From positions 30,814,001 through 30,878,000 of the forward strand of contig OX597823.1 in the NCBI GenBank assembly GCA_951406725.2: a stretch of 64,000 nt of DNA, in the 5' to 3' direction. The stretch comes from Octopus vulgaris. Its lineage: Eukaryota. The position numbers and the translations under genes were made by a program. Positions 52,601-64,000 of this stretch are shown piece after piece. The notes below the pieces were generated by a model that was not told the DNA's origin, searched no databases, and was given only the letters and a program-made list of their open reading frames with translations. Position 1 is the first letter of the stretch; each line of letters starts with the position of its first letter.

Positions 52601-54682
52601 TTCTATGTTTGACTTTTGCTTTATATTTGTACAAGTTGGCTCCAAGTCTCACCCAGAGACCTCAAGAGACAACAGGGTTGGAAGTTCATGTTGTTGTTAT
52701 GCCTAGTGTGCCATATATTTGGGGGGTGGGGATGTTGTACTAATGAATGTCTAAAAAAAAAAGTTTTTTTTTTTTTTTTTTTTTAAACCGAAAATTATGT
52801 TTGTTTTAAACCTTGAGATTACATAGAGAGTATTTTGCGTAGGATATGAGCAGTTCCCATGAGCACTATCTTTTGAACTTCTGCCATTTTTGGGTTTCCT
52901 GGTATCTGAGTTAGGTAGCTATCAGCCCCTTTTGCTATCATTCCCAGGGCACCTATGACAACAGGTATTGTTTTAGTCTTCAGCTTCCACATTTTGCTGA
53001 TTTCTATTTCAAGATCTTTATATTTGCTCAGTTTTTGGTAGGTCTTGACAGATACGTTTATATCGATTGGGACAGTCATATCAATGAGGAGGCATGTTCT
53101 TTGTTTGAAGTTTTTCAATATGATGTCTGGCCTATTTGCATCTATCTTCCTGTCAGTTTGAATGGTGAAGTTCCAGAGGAGTGAGATGTGGTCATTTTCA
53201 AGCACTGGGGGTGGTTTGTGTTCCCACCAGTTTTTTTCATGGGGCAAATCCAGGTTTTTACAGATTACCCAGTGAATATATTGTGCAGCTCTATCGTGCC
53301 TGTTGAGATACTCTGTAGGCGCTAGAAGACTGCACTTGGAGACCACATGGTCAATGGTTTCATTTTGTTGCTTGCATACACGACACGTTGGACTGCTTCT
53401 GATCTTTAATATGTTGGCCTGGTAGTTTCTTGTTGGTAGGCATTGATCTTGAGCTGCTATGATAAACCCCTCTGTTTCAGATTTTAAGCCAGAGGCCATT
53501 AGCCATTGATGGGTCAGGGCTTTGTCGATATCTGCATTATTCGCTCTCTTTGGGTATTTGCCATAGAGAGGTTTTTCTTGCCATTTATTATTCAGAATAT
53601 CTAAGGCCGCAGTTTTGGCACGGGTTTTCATGCGCCTAGCTTTTTCTGTGCTTGTTTCTTGTATATCTATCTCTAATTCCGAAATTGGTTGTATTCGGAG
53701 TTCACTTAGATATTCCTTTGCCTGTTTTGTGACTGAGTATGATGCTTTCTTGTTTTCATGTTTTGAGACAAGTTTTAGCATCCAGTCCTCAGAGTTTTTC
53801 AGGTAGGTGTCTAGGCCAATTGTAGCAATCTTCATTGTTATTGCCAGTTGCAAAAGACCACGGCCTCCCTCTTTTCTTGGCAGATATAGTCGTTCTGTAT
53901 CTGCCTTAGGGTGGTGCATTCTATGCATTGTCAACAGTTTCCTTATTTTTCTGTCGAGCTGACATATTTCAGTAATTGACCAGTTAACAATATTGAAACT
54001 GTAAGTCACGACTGGTATAGCTAATGCATTGATTGCTTCGATCCTGTTTCTTGCATTCAGCTCTGTCTTGAGTATTGCTCTCACTCTTCGATAGCATTCT
54101 CTCCTGATCCTTTCCTTCATCTCTGAATGCCTTATTCCGTTCCCTTCAATTATCCCTAGGTACTTGTAGCTCTCCGCTGGGTCTAGTTCTTTTATGACAT
54201 TCTGTTGGTCAAGGTTAACGTTAGATGTTTCTGTCATTTTTCCTTTGATAAAGGTAGCCTTTGCACATTTATCGAGGCCGAATTGCATTCTGATGTCGTC
54301 ACTGAATTGTTTGACTATCGCTAGTAAGCCCTTGAGTTGTTGATCATTTTTTGCAAAAAGCTTTAAATCATCCATGTAAACGAGATGATTTATATTTTTA
54401 TCAAACATTTTATACCCGTACTGCGCGTCATTGAGCAGCTTTGAGAGAGGTATTAAGGATAAACAAAAGAGGAGTGGTGACAGTGAGTCACCCTGGAAAA
54501 TGCCACACGAAATTTTTACATCACCAGCATTTAGGGATTCACTGTCACTGTTCAGAGTTAGTGTGGTTCTCCATGATCTCATACTTACAGTCAAGAAGTT
54601 TCGCAGAGTTGGTGCTATCTTATACATTTCAAGGCATTTCCTAATCCAGCTATGTGGTAGGCTATCAAAAGCCTTTTTATAG

Positions 54683-54683
<1 letters not shown>
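52601..54683 (-). mobile_element. R4/Dong-clade-like non-LTR retrotransposon, 5'-truncated, in (TAA)n
   Basis: An uninterrupted ORF plus a 3' UTR of about 220 bp, with (TAA)n directly at both junctions. Confidence 0.93.
52819..54683 (-). CDS. Reverse transcriptase plus CCHC zinc knuckle plus restriction-like endonuclease (5'-truncated)
   Basis: RT motifs YKKAFDS, GIFQGDSLSPLLF, YMDDLK, FGLDKC, YKYLG; zinc knuckle CRVC...ETIDHVVSKC; RHD; REL motifs RPDII...LIDMTVP...KLSKYKDL. The first about 41 aa of the listed 662-aa ORF are microsatellite read-through. Confidence 0.95.
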
Positions 54684-54776
<93 letters not shown>

Positions 54777-55019
54777 ATTTTTCTTCTTCCTTTAATTTTG
54801 TTTCCATTTCTTGCTGACACCTGAGGCACAGAAACTCACTGTTTACATTGACAAAGCTACTTAAATAAACACACCAGATTGTTCATTTATGAAATTAAAT
54901 AAAGTTATGTAGAGAGGAAGAAAAGAAAAAAAACATTACATAGAAAGATGTTGCTCTTACAGCGACAACGCTCTTCTCGATACGTGTGACGTACCAGTTA
55001 AAACTGTTTTTGACACTCC

Positions 55020-55975
55020 TTGCAGAGATGGTAAGCCAGGGATCATTCTCAGATAATTTTCAGTTCCTTGGTTTCATCATTCCTAGAGCCCCTACAATCA
55101 CTGGTATTGTAACCGTTTTGAGATGTTACCTTTTTTTCGATTTCAGTGAGTAAATCTTTATATTTTCTGAGCTTGTCAAATTCTTTTGCCGCAATATTAT
55201 GATCACAAGGAACAATCATGCTAATCAATAAAAGACTTTAGTATTCTTGTCTTTCGTGTTTCTATCTGTATAGCTCAGGAAAGTCCTAATGAATGGTTAC
55301 ATATTTTCCATCAGTTACAGCCTCAGGGTAGTGCTTATAGCACTTGTCAGCAGTTTTGATTTCATAATGCCAGCATATTAACCCGTGTTGATATTGGCCA
55401 GTGTTGGTATTTGATTTCATAATACCAGTATATTGGCATTGGTTGATATTTTATTGGTGCTAAAACTTTACATCCAGAGATCAGGTAATGCACTGTTGCA
55501 ATGTCATCATTGCCGAATCAGCACTTTGTTTCTACTTTTTTTTTATCATACTAGCTTGGCCTGTTCTGGGTGAATAAGCTTTGGTCTTGGGCAGCTAAGA
55601 CGAAGCCCCCGCTCTCTGCCTGTGACCATGAGCTTCGTTGTCACTGATGGGTGTGCTCCTTGTCAGCATCAGCTTGTTTGCTACGGGCCACATATTTGTC
55701 TTGAAGAGTTTTCTGCTCCCACCTACCAGCATATTGTTCATGCGCTTTTTTCTTTCCCTTTAATTTTACTTTCTTTGCAATAGCAGCTGCCACATTTCTC
55801 TCAGGCTGTTAAACCTGGGCAATATTCGTGAAATCAGTAGCAACGAATTTGCTCTCTTTCAAGATAGAATAAAGCTTCTTACACCTCTTGTAATTTTCAA
55901 TGAATTTTAGCATCCAGTCCTCAGTTGTTTCAAGATATTTGACCAGTCCAATTGTGGCGATTTTGTAAGAAAGTT
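55020..55975 (-). pseudogene. Decayed R4/Dong-like retrotransposon fragment
   Basis: Minus-strand remnants parallel the intact ORF (DWMLKFI, SGASS*LPK in the ETEG/AAQDQ region, EFDKLRKYKDLL, TIPVIVGALGM) with many frameshifts. Confidence 0.7.
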
Positions 55976-56049
55976 ATTATTATTTTCTCTTGATAACAGG
56001 TTTTGCTGGAGCTCCGAGAGTCTTGCATGCAGGTTTACTAGCTGCAGCC

Positions 56050-56860
56050 TACAGTACTATGCTATCCGTTCTTTTCCTGATTATTCTGGCCGTTCCAAGG
56101 GGACAAACCTTTTGAAACAGTTCTACTGGGCACTCTATTCCAATTTCCTTTATATTCCTCTTGATGCCTTCTGATACTGTGCACAAAAACCCAACAGTAA
56201 TTGGCAATATCTTCATCTTCTTCATTTTCGATAGCCGGGATATTCCTTCTTCACTATTGGAAGGTCAAAGGGACATGCAATATCAACTGTATAACATATG
56301 TGGTGCATCTTGTCCCCCATCACTAGGTCCTGTCTGTTATGCTCTGGCATCTGATCTGTTTGGATTAGGGAAATCCCAGAGGATTTTGCTAGTCTCCGAC
56401 TCCGCCACTCTCTGCGGTTTGTACTCATACCACGTCTTGCCTCTCCCTGGCCCCCACTTTTCGCACAGTTTCCAATGAAGCACTTTCGCTACTTGGTCGT
56501 GTCGCCACAACTTATAGTGGTTTGGGGAAATTTTAGGGCTTTCGTTCGTGATATGAGCAATGATTTCATCCACCCCATTGAAGATGCAGTACAACGGAGA
56601 CAATTACTCATTCCTAAGGTTGACTCTCCAGTTCGTGGTCAGAGCTTGGTCTTGCGCTGCCAGTATAGTGCTATCGGTCTCTTTTTTTAGGGTTCCTTTC
56701 ATCAGCCAATCCCACCTATTTTTCCAGCAAATTCTGTTGTGGCTATATGGAATTGATTGTCTAGTCCCTTCTTGCGGAATTCTTCTTCATGTCCCTTTTG
56801 CACTTCTTCCTTTATTTTCTCTTTTTTTTCTCTACTTTCAATACTCTCTACTTTCAATAC
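56050..56860 (-). pseudogene. Decayed REL-type LINE fragment (further family)
   Basis: Remnants ILAAQDQAL, IIAHITNESPKISPNHYKLWRHDQVAKVLHWKLC, KILWDF, TVDIACPFD. The 5' side abuts (TAA)n. Confidence 0.78.
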
Positions 56861-56872
56861 TCTCTCTCTCTC

Positions 56873-56928
<56 letters not shown>

Positions 56929-57316
56929 GCGACGAGCTGGCAGAAACGTTAGCACGCCGGGCGAAATGCTGAGCCTTATTTCGTCTGCCATTACGTTCTG
57001 AGTTCAAATTCTGCCGAGGTCGACTTTGCCTTTCATCTTTTCGGGGTCGATAAATTAAGTACCAGTTACGCAGTGGGGTCGATATAATCCGTTTGTCTGT
57101 CCTTGTCTGTCCTCTCTGTGTTTAGCCCCTTGTGGGTAGTAAAGAAATAGGTATTTCATCTATCTTTCGGTTCTGAATTCAAATTCTGCCGAGGTCGATT
57201 TTGCTTTTCATCCTTTCGGGTTCGATAAATTAAGTACCAGTTGTGTACTGAGGTCGATCTAATTGACTGGCTCACTTCCGCAAAATTTCGGACCTTGTGC
57301 CTAGAGTAGAAAAGAT
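56929..57316 (+). mobile_element. SINE family 1 dimer
   Basis: Head, core, beta tail, junction AAAGAAATAG|GTATTTC (about 57150), second core, alpha tail. Confidence 0.9.
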
Positions 57317-57339
57317 TATTATTATTGTTGTTGTTTTTG

Positions 57340-57858
57340 TTGGCGCTCCTACAGTGCTTGAGCACTGCTTAGTTGTAGAGATATGTCTAACGGCTGTTAT
57401 CTCACGTAGGACATATCTGACTGGCTGGCTTCATCGTGAAGATCGCCTCACCGCCTTCCTTTGGTCGGGAAAGGCAAGTAGTCTTTCAGTCTGGTGGTCG
57501 TAGCGAAAGAAGTTGTGTGGCGGACGAGACCGGGAGGACTGAAAACAGACACTTTTCTCTTTGGCCAATCCCTCATCGACTTTTTAAAATACCGTTTGAA
57601 AAGTTAGGCGAGGTTGAGAGGAATGTAGTGGTGTGTCCCCCACTCCCGCACAAGTAAAATTTGTTGAAAGATGAGTGAATGTGGTAAGGATGGTTTGAGG
57701 CAGTTGCGTTTCCCTACTATTAAGGAATTTGTTAAAATTTTGTAATTGTCATTGTTTCAATTATTTACACGAATGTTTTTAATGTAAATCCTCACTGTCC
57801 TTTGTTTTTTGTATTATCCTAAATGTCTTTCGCGGTCCTTGAGGCAAATAAAGAAAGA
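57340..57858 (+). mobile_element. Tx1/L1-like LINE 3' fragment (decayed)
   Basis: VVVAKEVVWRTR..GLKTDTFLFGQSLIDFLKYRLKS remnant. AAAGATGAGTGAATGTGGTAAGGATGG matches the fragment at 10481. Ends AATAAAGAAAG-(TTA)n. Confidence 0.55.
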
Positions 57859-57930
<72 letters not shown>

Positions 57931-59599
57931 GTCAAAACGATAAAAACAAGTCTTCCTTCTCAGTTACACAATAATTCAAGTGTTAGTTGAATATACATCT
58001 AACGAGATATAGCAAGCATACTTATAAGGAGATCTTTAAGTATCCAGACACAATAGCCACAATGTCATTAGGTACCCGAGATGTAAATACTCTTAAATGT
58101 CAACAAAATATCTAGACATAAAGGGGAAGAAAGGAAGCGGGTGGAGACGGCTACCGGGGATGTGTCGATTTCTGTGAGTTCGTGTGTGTTTATGTATGCA
58201 TGTATACACACACACACACACACACACATACTCATTCTCCCATACACGTCTACATATATGCACTCAGAGAGACACACACATACGCACATATATATATACA
58301 TGTGTGTGTATGTGTTTTTACGTGTGTGTGTGCGTGTTTGTGTGTACGCGCGCGTGTGTGTGTAGGAGTATGTTGGAATGTCTAGAAGTGTTTGTGTGTG
58401 TGTGTGGTGTGCAACTAAAGATTAGATGCTTCTTTTTGGGCCCTTTTTTCTCTTTTTATTTCGTTAATTGGGGGTAACGACGATGACGGCTCCGACAACT
58501 CCGATTTCGACGTCGCCGCTCCCTTTTCTCTCCCCTTCTCACCCCTCCACCCCTTTATACGCCGCGCCGTCTTCCTTAATGTGAATCTATGAAAGCCCTT
58601 TTCTTATGAACACCCGGGACTCTATTAAAATCACGACATTAACATTAATCCGCCAACCCCCGTCAACCACATACAAGTACACGAACACACTTCCTGCCAC
58701 ACCCGCCCCCGCTCCCAATAACCCCTCCCCCAACCCCAGTCTATTACTTTTTTCACAGCTATCCAACCAACCACCCTACTATAACACTCATGTTTCTACC
58801 CGGCCCCTTTACGCGCTATGCAACTCTATCAAAGATTTTCCAACCGACAGTCGAATAATACCCGCCAATGCCTTCACTCAACCTTAAGTTTTAAACAACA
58901 AAAACCAAATAAAAAAAAAAAAACCCACAAACAAAAACGTTCAGGACTTACCATCCACCCGACCTACGCAATTCCCAAATACGATCTTTCACCACTCACC
59001 CTCACCCGTCTTTAATCGGGTAATCAAAGGACGCTTACACGCAACGTGTGTGTGTGTGTGTGTGTGTGTAATACAAATATATACACACGCATGTATGTAT
59101 GTATGTATGTATGTATGTATGTATGTATGTATGTATGTATGTATGTATGCATGTATGTGTGTGTGTGTATGTAAGTATGTATGTATGCATGTATGTATGT
59201 GTGTATGTATGTATCTATTAGCTGGATAGTCACGACTGAGTGCGCGCCAAGTGGAACGTGATAGTGCAGAGTGGGTGTGGCTTTCCCGCTTTGTTCTCAC
59301 TTCTCAGTATTCAAATGTGTGTGTGTGTGTGTGTTTGTGTGTATGTATGTATGTATGTATGTATGTATGCATTTTTGTGTGTGTATGTGTGTATGTATGT
59401 ACGAATACGTGTATATATTTATCTTTATGTATGTGTACATGTCTGTACAAATGTGTGTGTATTGTGTGTGCGTGTGTCAGTATAAATAAGCATACATTGT
59501 GGGTCTTCAAATATAGGTATGTTGGTACAATAAGAAACATATGAAAGAGTAATAAAAAATCCCAATTGAATGACTGGTATTCAATATTCAAAATTAGAG

Positions 59600-60240
59600 A
59601 GGCGGGGAGCTTGCCAGAATCGCAAGCACGTTGGGTGAAATGCTTCTGAGTTCAAATTCCGCCAAAGTTGACTTTACTTTTCATTCTTTTCAGGGTCGAT
59701 AAAATAAGTACCAGCTGCGTATTGGGGTCGATGTAATCGACTTACACTCACCAACGAAATTGCTGACATTGCGCCAACATTTAAAATCAATATTTAGAAT
59801 TAGAATAAAAAAGCATAAAATATACTAACTGACAAGGGTTTGAACTCATCGAAATTAAATATTGATTTCTCAATATTTATATGTGGGAAGGCGGCGAGCT
59901 GGCAGAAACGTTAGCACGCCGGGCGAAATGCCTAGCAGTTTTTCGCCTGCCGTTCCGTTCTGAGTTCAAATTCCGTGGTGGTCGACTTTGCCTTTCATCC
60001 TTTCGGGGGTAGATATATTAAGTACCAGTTACGCACTGGGGTCGATGTAATCGACTTAATCCATTTGTCTGTCCTTGTTTGTCCTCTCTGTGTTTAGCCC
60101 CTTGTGGGTAGTAAAGAAATAGGTATTTCATCTGTCTTAGCGTTCTGAGTTCAAATTCCGCCGAGGTTGACTTTGCCTTTCATCCTTTCGAGGTCGATAA
60201 ATTAAGTATTAGTTGTGTACTTCGAATGACCCCCCTCCCC
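59600..60240 (+). mobile_element. SINE family 1 monomer and dimer
   Basis: Copies at 59600-59790 and 59889-60240. The latter has the junction AAAGAAATAG|GTATTTC at about 60122. Confidence 0.87.
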
Positions 60241-61357
60241 GAAAATATTTATAGGTGGGGTCTCCACTATGGCTACAGCCCCACAGGCATGCAAAAACTA
60301 ATAAAAGATTGAGTAATTGTCACACACTTTTTGGTTGGGATGGATAGTCTATTAAACTGACCGCTGTACACAACGATAGCCCTATTTTATCGAAGCATTG
60401 AAAAGAAGAAAGGATGAGTTAACTTCAGGATGAGTTAACTTGAACTCGGAAAATAAAAAGTCGCAGCGGAATAGACAGTGGTTAGTCCGACACTCTAACA
60501 ATTCCGCCAATACAATGTCCTCAGCAAATAAAGCTTTGCCAATAAAAGAATTTACTCCGATACTGGACCGTCTTTACTGAATATGAAACCTTCACTGGAG
60601 GCTCAAAAGCTCAATAGTCCACTGTGGGATCACATGAACAAGTGGTTAAGGTATCGCTATTTTTTTTCTTTTTCGTAGATTATGGGATCAAATCCAGTGG
60701 AAACCCTCTGTTGTGTTTCTGGCTTAGAGCATGTTATTCTTCATCACCATTGTTCAGTTATGCAGTGTATTTTATTCATTCTGATGTTTGATCGTCCACC
60801 CATTTACTCGGATTTAACTTCAGACAGAAATGTTTTCAACACGCGGTATTCGTGTTATCATTTGCACATCCAGTCAGCCTTTGCATTTTACAGGCTTTGT
60901 AGATGTTTAATGACTCAGATATTATTGCTGTGGCCCAGATATGATATGGTGTAAAATAATCTGCAAAGAAAGAGAAATAAAACAATGTAGAAATTGATGT
61001 TTATTTTACCGTAAATATTGTAAAAGTACTCTGAAATGATGATCCAAAAATGCGACAGGATTTTCTTTTCAATTTTACATAACTGGAATTTTCTACGCTG
61101 CGCTCTTTATTAATAGAAAGCGAAATAGTTTAAATCCTTATAATTCTTTTCTTTGCCATATTGTCGGGCAAGTTTAGCACGATCAAAACAATAATTTTAT
61201 TAAATATAAACTGACAACTACGTGCCACTCTCATAAATAAAAATGAATTACAAGTGGAATTTGTTTTTCTTTTTACAAAAAAATGCGTTATCTCATACCA
61301 CAAAGAATGGTTATTATTTTCTTTGCACAAATTTGAAAAGCTTAAAAACAATCATTT

Positions 61358-61518
61358 TATTTTTTCTACGATACGTACAAGACCCGAAATTTTTTGGTAA
61401 GGGGCAGTCTATTAGATCGACCCAGTACGTAACTGGTACTTTATCGACCTCGAAAAGATAAAAGGCAAAGTCGACCTGGGAGGAAGTCGAACTCAGAACG
61501 GGAAGACAGACCAAATAC
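61358..61518 (-). mobile_element. SINE family 1 distal part (split by the LINE insertion)
   Basis: Core and alpha tail. The matching proximal part continues at 63933-64000. Confidence 0.8.
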
Positions 61519-63932
61519 GTAACTTAGCTCTGGCAATACTTCCCACGTGTTGGGCTTCAAGATGCTGGTTTAACTCCAGTCTTTTCACCCTCGCATGGTC
61601 CGCATCACCAGTCCTCCAGGCTTCTTCTAGTTCCTTAACTAGACTATCTCCTATTCTACGTCCTTTCTTAGCTAAACTTATGCTAAACCTAATAGACTCA
61701 TATTTAATGGCTCTTTTTAGGGCGTACCACCATTTGTTATTAATGATGGTACCTATAATGCCCTCTGATCTGCTTCTGTACGCCTCAATCGCCAAAAGGG
61801 ACGTATTGAGTTTCCAGTAGCCAGATCCCTGACTATGCAACTTATCTACCGTCAGTTTACAGGTAACCATCTTGTGGTCACTGTAGCTGACTAGAAAAAA
61901 CTGTGGACACTCGGCTATGGACTTATCTGTTTCTCTAATTAAAATCCTATCCAGATATGTTCTGGAAGACCCATCATTATTTCACCACGTCCACTGTGGA
62001 GTGTTCGGGTGTTCCAACCTATATAGATCTGCTAGTTGAAAGTGACTTAGCAGATCCCGTAAGCCTGGGTTACATTTTCTGTTCATGTTCGAGCCAACAC
62101 AATCTGTGTGTGCTACACATATTGTGTTAAAGTCTCCTAACAATACTAGCGAATGCGACGTGGCTAGGAACTTGCCAAGGTCACGAAAATATTCACTTTG
62201 CGGGCTACAATGTTGAGTGCATAAATAACGACTAGCCTGATTATCTTGCCACAACTGAATATCAGGTCAAGAACGACCAGCCTGCCTTCTGGGTCAGAAA
62301 AAACAACTTTTTCTCAGCTACCCGGTTTCTTTTTAGTAGGACCAACACCCAACCCCCACCTCCCGCCCGACTCGGAGAAACGTATTTCTTGTAGCTGTTC
62401 AGGAGGGGGAGTAGATCTCTTGGCCCTTCACCCGGGTTTCCGTTGCAACAATTACATCCAAATTTCTCGACCTGATATCATTTAGGAAGCGCACTTGCTT
62501 CCAACTCGACATCAGGCCACGAATATTTATATAACCAATGTGAATAGACGTGACTTACCTTTTAGGTCGGGGCGTCCTGTGGAGAGAGACTCTCCATCTT
62601 TTCTTGACTTAGGGTCGGCGATGGTAAGCCTTCAAACATAGATTGGTGAAAATCAAGTCTCAATGTTGAGACCGATTTTCTATACGTGTTAAACAAGATA
62701 TTATACGTTTTGTTTTTGTCCAATTCGTAAAATTCATAGTTTTTATATTTTATTTGATACTTCAATTAGTCTAGTTACTGTGTAGTCTGTCTCTCTTGCC
62801 ATTTTTCTTTTTTTTTTTTTTTGGTCTCGGCTCGCTCTGCTTTAGCTGGTTCGAGCCTTCCATTTTCCTTTTGTTGTTTATTTTTCCTTCAGTTTCTCTC
62901 TTTCTTCCTCCTCACCATCTGATTCTTCTTCACCTTCTTTACAGTATATTTTAATGTGACCCAGTTGGACACACTGGAAACATCGGGGCTTACGCCCTTC
63001 AACAAAAATATTTAGAACTTCTACGATTTCTGGGAGCTGTTCTAAAATTTTTTGGTCAGCCTGCAATATGAGGTTGAGCGTTTTACCAGTCCAATAGGTA
63101 TTCTCTGTGACGGTAGCCTGCAGGAGGTTAATATTATCCTCCCTGATTGCCTGGACTGCCGCCATCAAGCACATAGGGTTTACTCCGGGTGGAATTCTTG
63201 GTATTCTAACCTTAGATGTTCTCATTCCCATGTAAATTGAGATTAATATTGTGTCTTCCGACTCTAATGATTTTACAGAGTGTTTCTGTACCGTTTCTGC
63301 GTTCTTAAACCTCACCACGATGGTTCCAAACTTCTTCCCGCTGGCTAGATATGTAATGTCCTGCCAGATGGGTTTTAAACATTTTTCAATTGTTTGCTCA
63401 TATATCTTATCAATTTTTTGAGCATTTAAGTAGAATGTCTTAAAAATAATAATTTTTCTTTTTTCCTCCGTTAATTCTTCTTTTGGTATTTTCACTCTTA
63501 CCACTCCATCTCGTTCTGTTATCATTTCTTTGTATTATAGTAATTCTTGTTTGTCAGTTGACAGCTGTCGCGTTCCACTGCCAGCTGCTGATGCAAAACG
63601 TTTTCGTTCTTCATTTTGGAAGGTCTTTGCTTCTATATTTCTTTTGGTATTCATAACTTTTGGTAATGCAGGGAATTCACTTTCCGAAACATCAGAAACA
63701 TTATCAAAAATTAAATTTTCTATTTTCTTTGCTTCCCGCTCGGTCGATGAATCATCACCCGACGAAGACACACTTTTCGGCATCTTGCCGGCAATTAATG
63801 TTTTCCTCCACAGATAGCTTTCGCAAGAAAACTATAATAGAATTTTTAAACAATAAGTCCATCAATAGGTACAAGAGATATAACAATTAAGAGAAACTTA
63901 CGAACACACTCCAACAATAAATTTTCAATAAC
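61519..63932 (-). mobile_element. Tx1/L1-clade LINE: 5' UTR, ORF1 and APE endonuclease part of ORF2, no RT
   Basis: ORF1 pieces (63783-62562) carry the zinc knuckle CFQCVQLGHIKIYC. ORF2 remnants read IGYINIRGL, DVIVATETR, LVLLGDFN, YLDRILI, SDHKMV and GSGYWKLNTSLL (Tx1/L1-type). Frameshifted. Confidence 0.85.
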
Positions 63933-64000
63933 AGACAGACGAAATACCTATTTCTTTACTACCCACAAGGGGTTAAACACAGAGAGGACAAACAAGGACA
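63933..64000 (-). mobile_element. SINE family 1 beta tail and junction (continues beyond the window)
   Basis: GACAGACGAAATACCTATTTCTTTACTACCCACAAGGGG, same as at 44596-44630. Confidence 0.85.

Noticed and set aside
54684-54807. N-terminal extension of the 662-aa RT ORF
   Set aside because: Derived from (TAA)n/(TAG)n repeats and flanking DNA, with a fortuitous ATG.

Overview
AT-rich, repeat-saturated eukaryotic DNA. The dense (TA)n/(CA)n/(TATC)n/(TATG)n/(TAA)n microsatellites and the SINE families resemble an octopus (coleoid cephalopod) genome; this is inferred, not proven. No host protein-coding gene is firmly supported, and almost all listed ORFs are microsatellite artefacts. Recognisable content: (i) the 5' part of a Helitron whose open RepHel frame (907 to <1, minus strand) is missing from the ORF track; (ii) a young 5'-truncated R4/Dong-like RT+REL retrotransposon and several decayed relatives, all in (TAA)n tracts; (iii) Tx1/L1-like and CR1-like LINE pieces; (iv) three tRNA-derived SINE families; (v) Penelope-like element (PLE) remnants; (vi) mariner MITEs, Helentron-type elements and long foldbacks. 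Two systems stand out. First, about a dozen PLE-type hammerhead ribozyme motifs lie on both strands, mostly in short cassettes embedded in (TA)n, some back-to-back or inside foldbacks. Second, there is an apparent self-targeting SINE/Tx1 pair: the SINE shares its 3' tail with a Tx1-like LINE, SINE tails join other SINE heads at two fixed positions, and a Tx1 element sits at one of those positions with a 15-bp duplication. All calls were made by eye, and boundaries of decayed elements are approximate.
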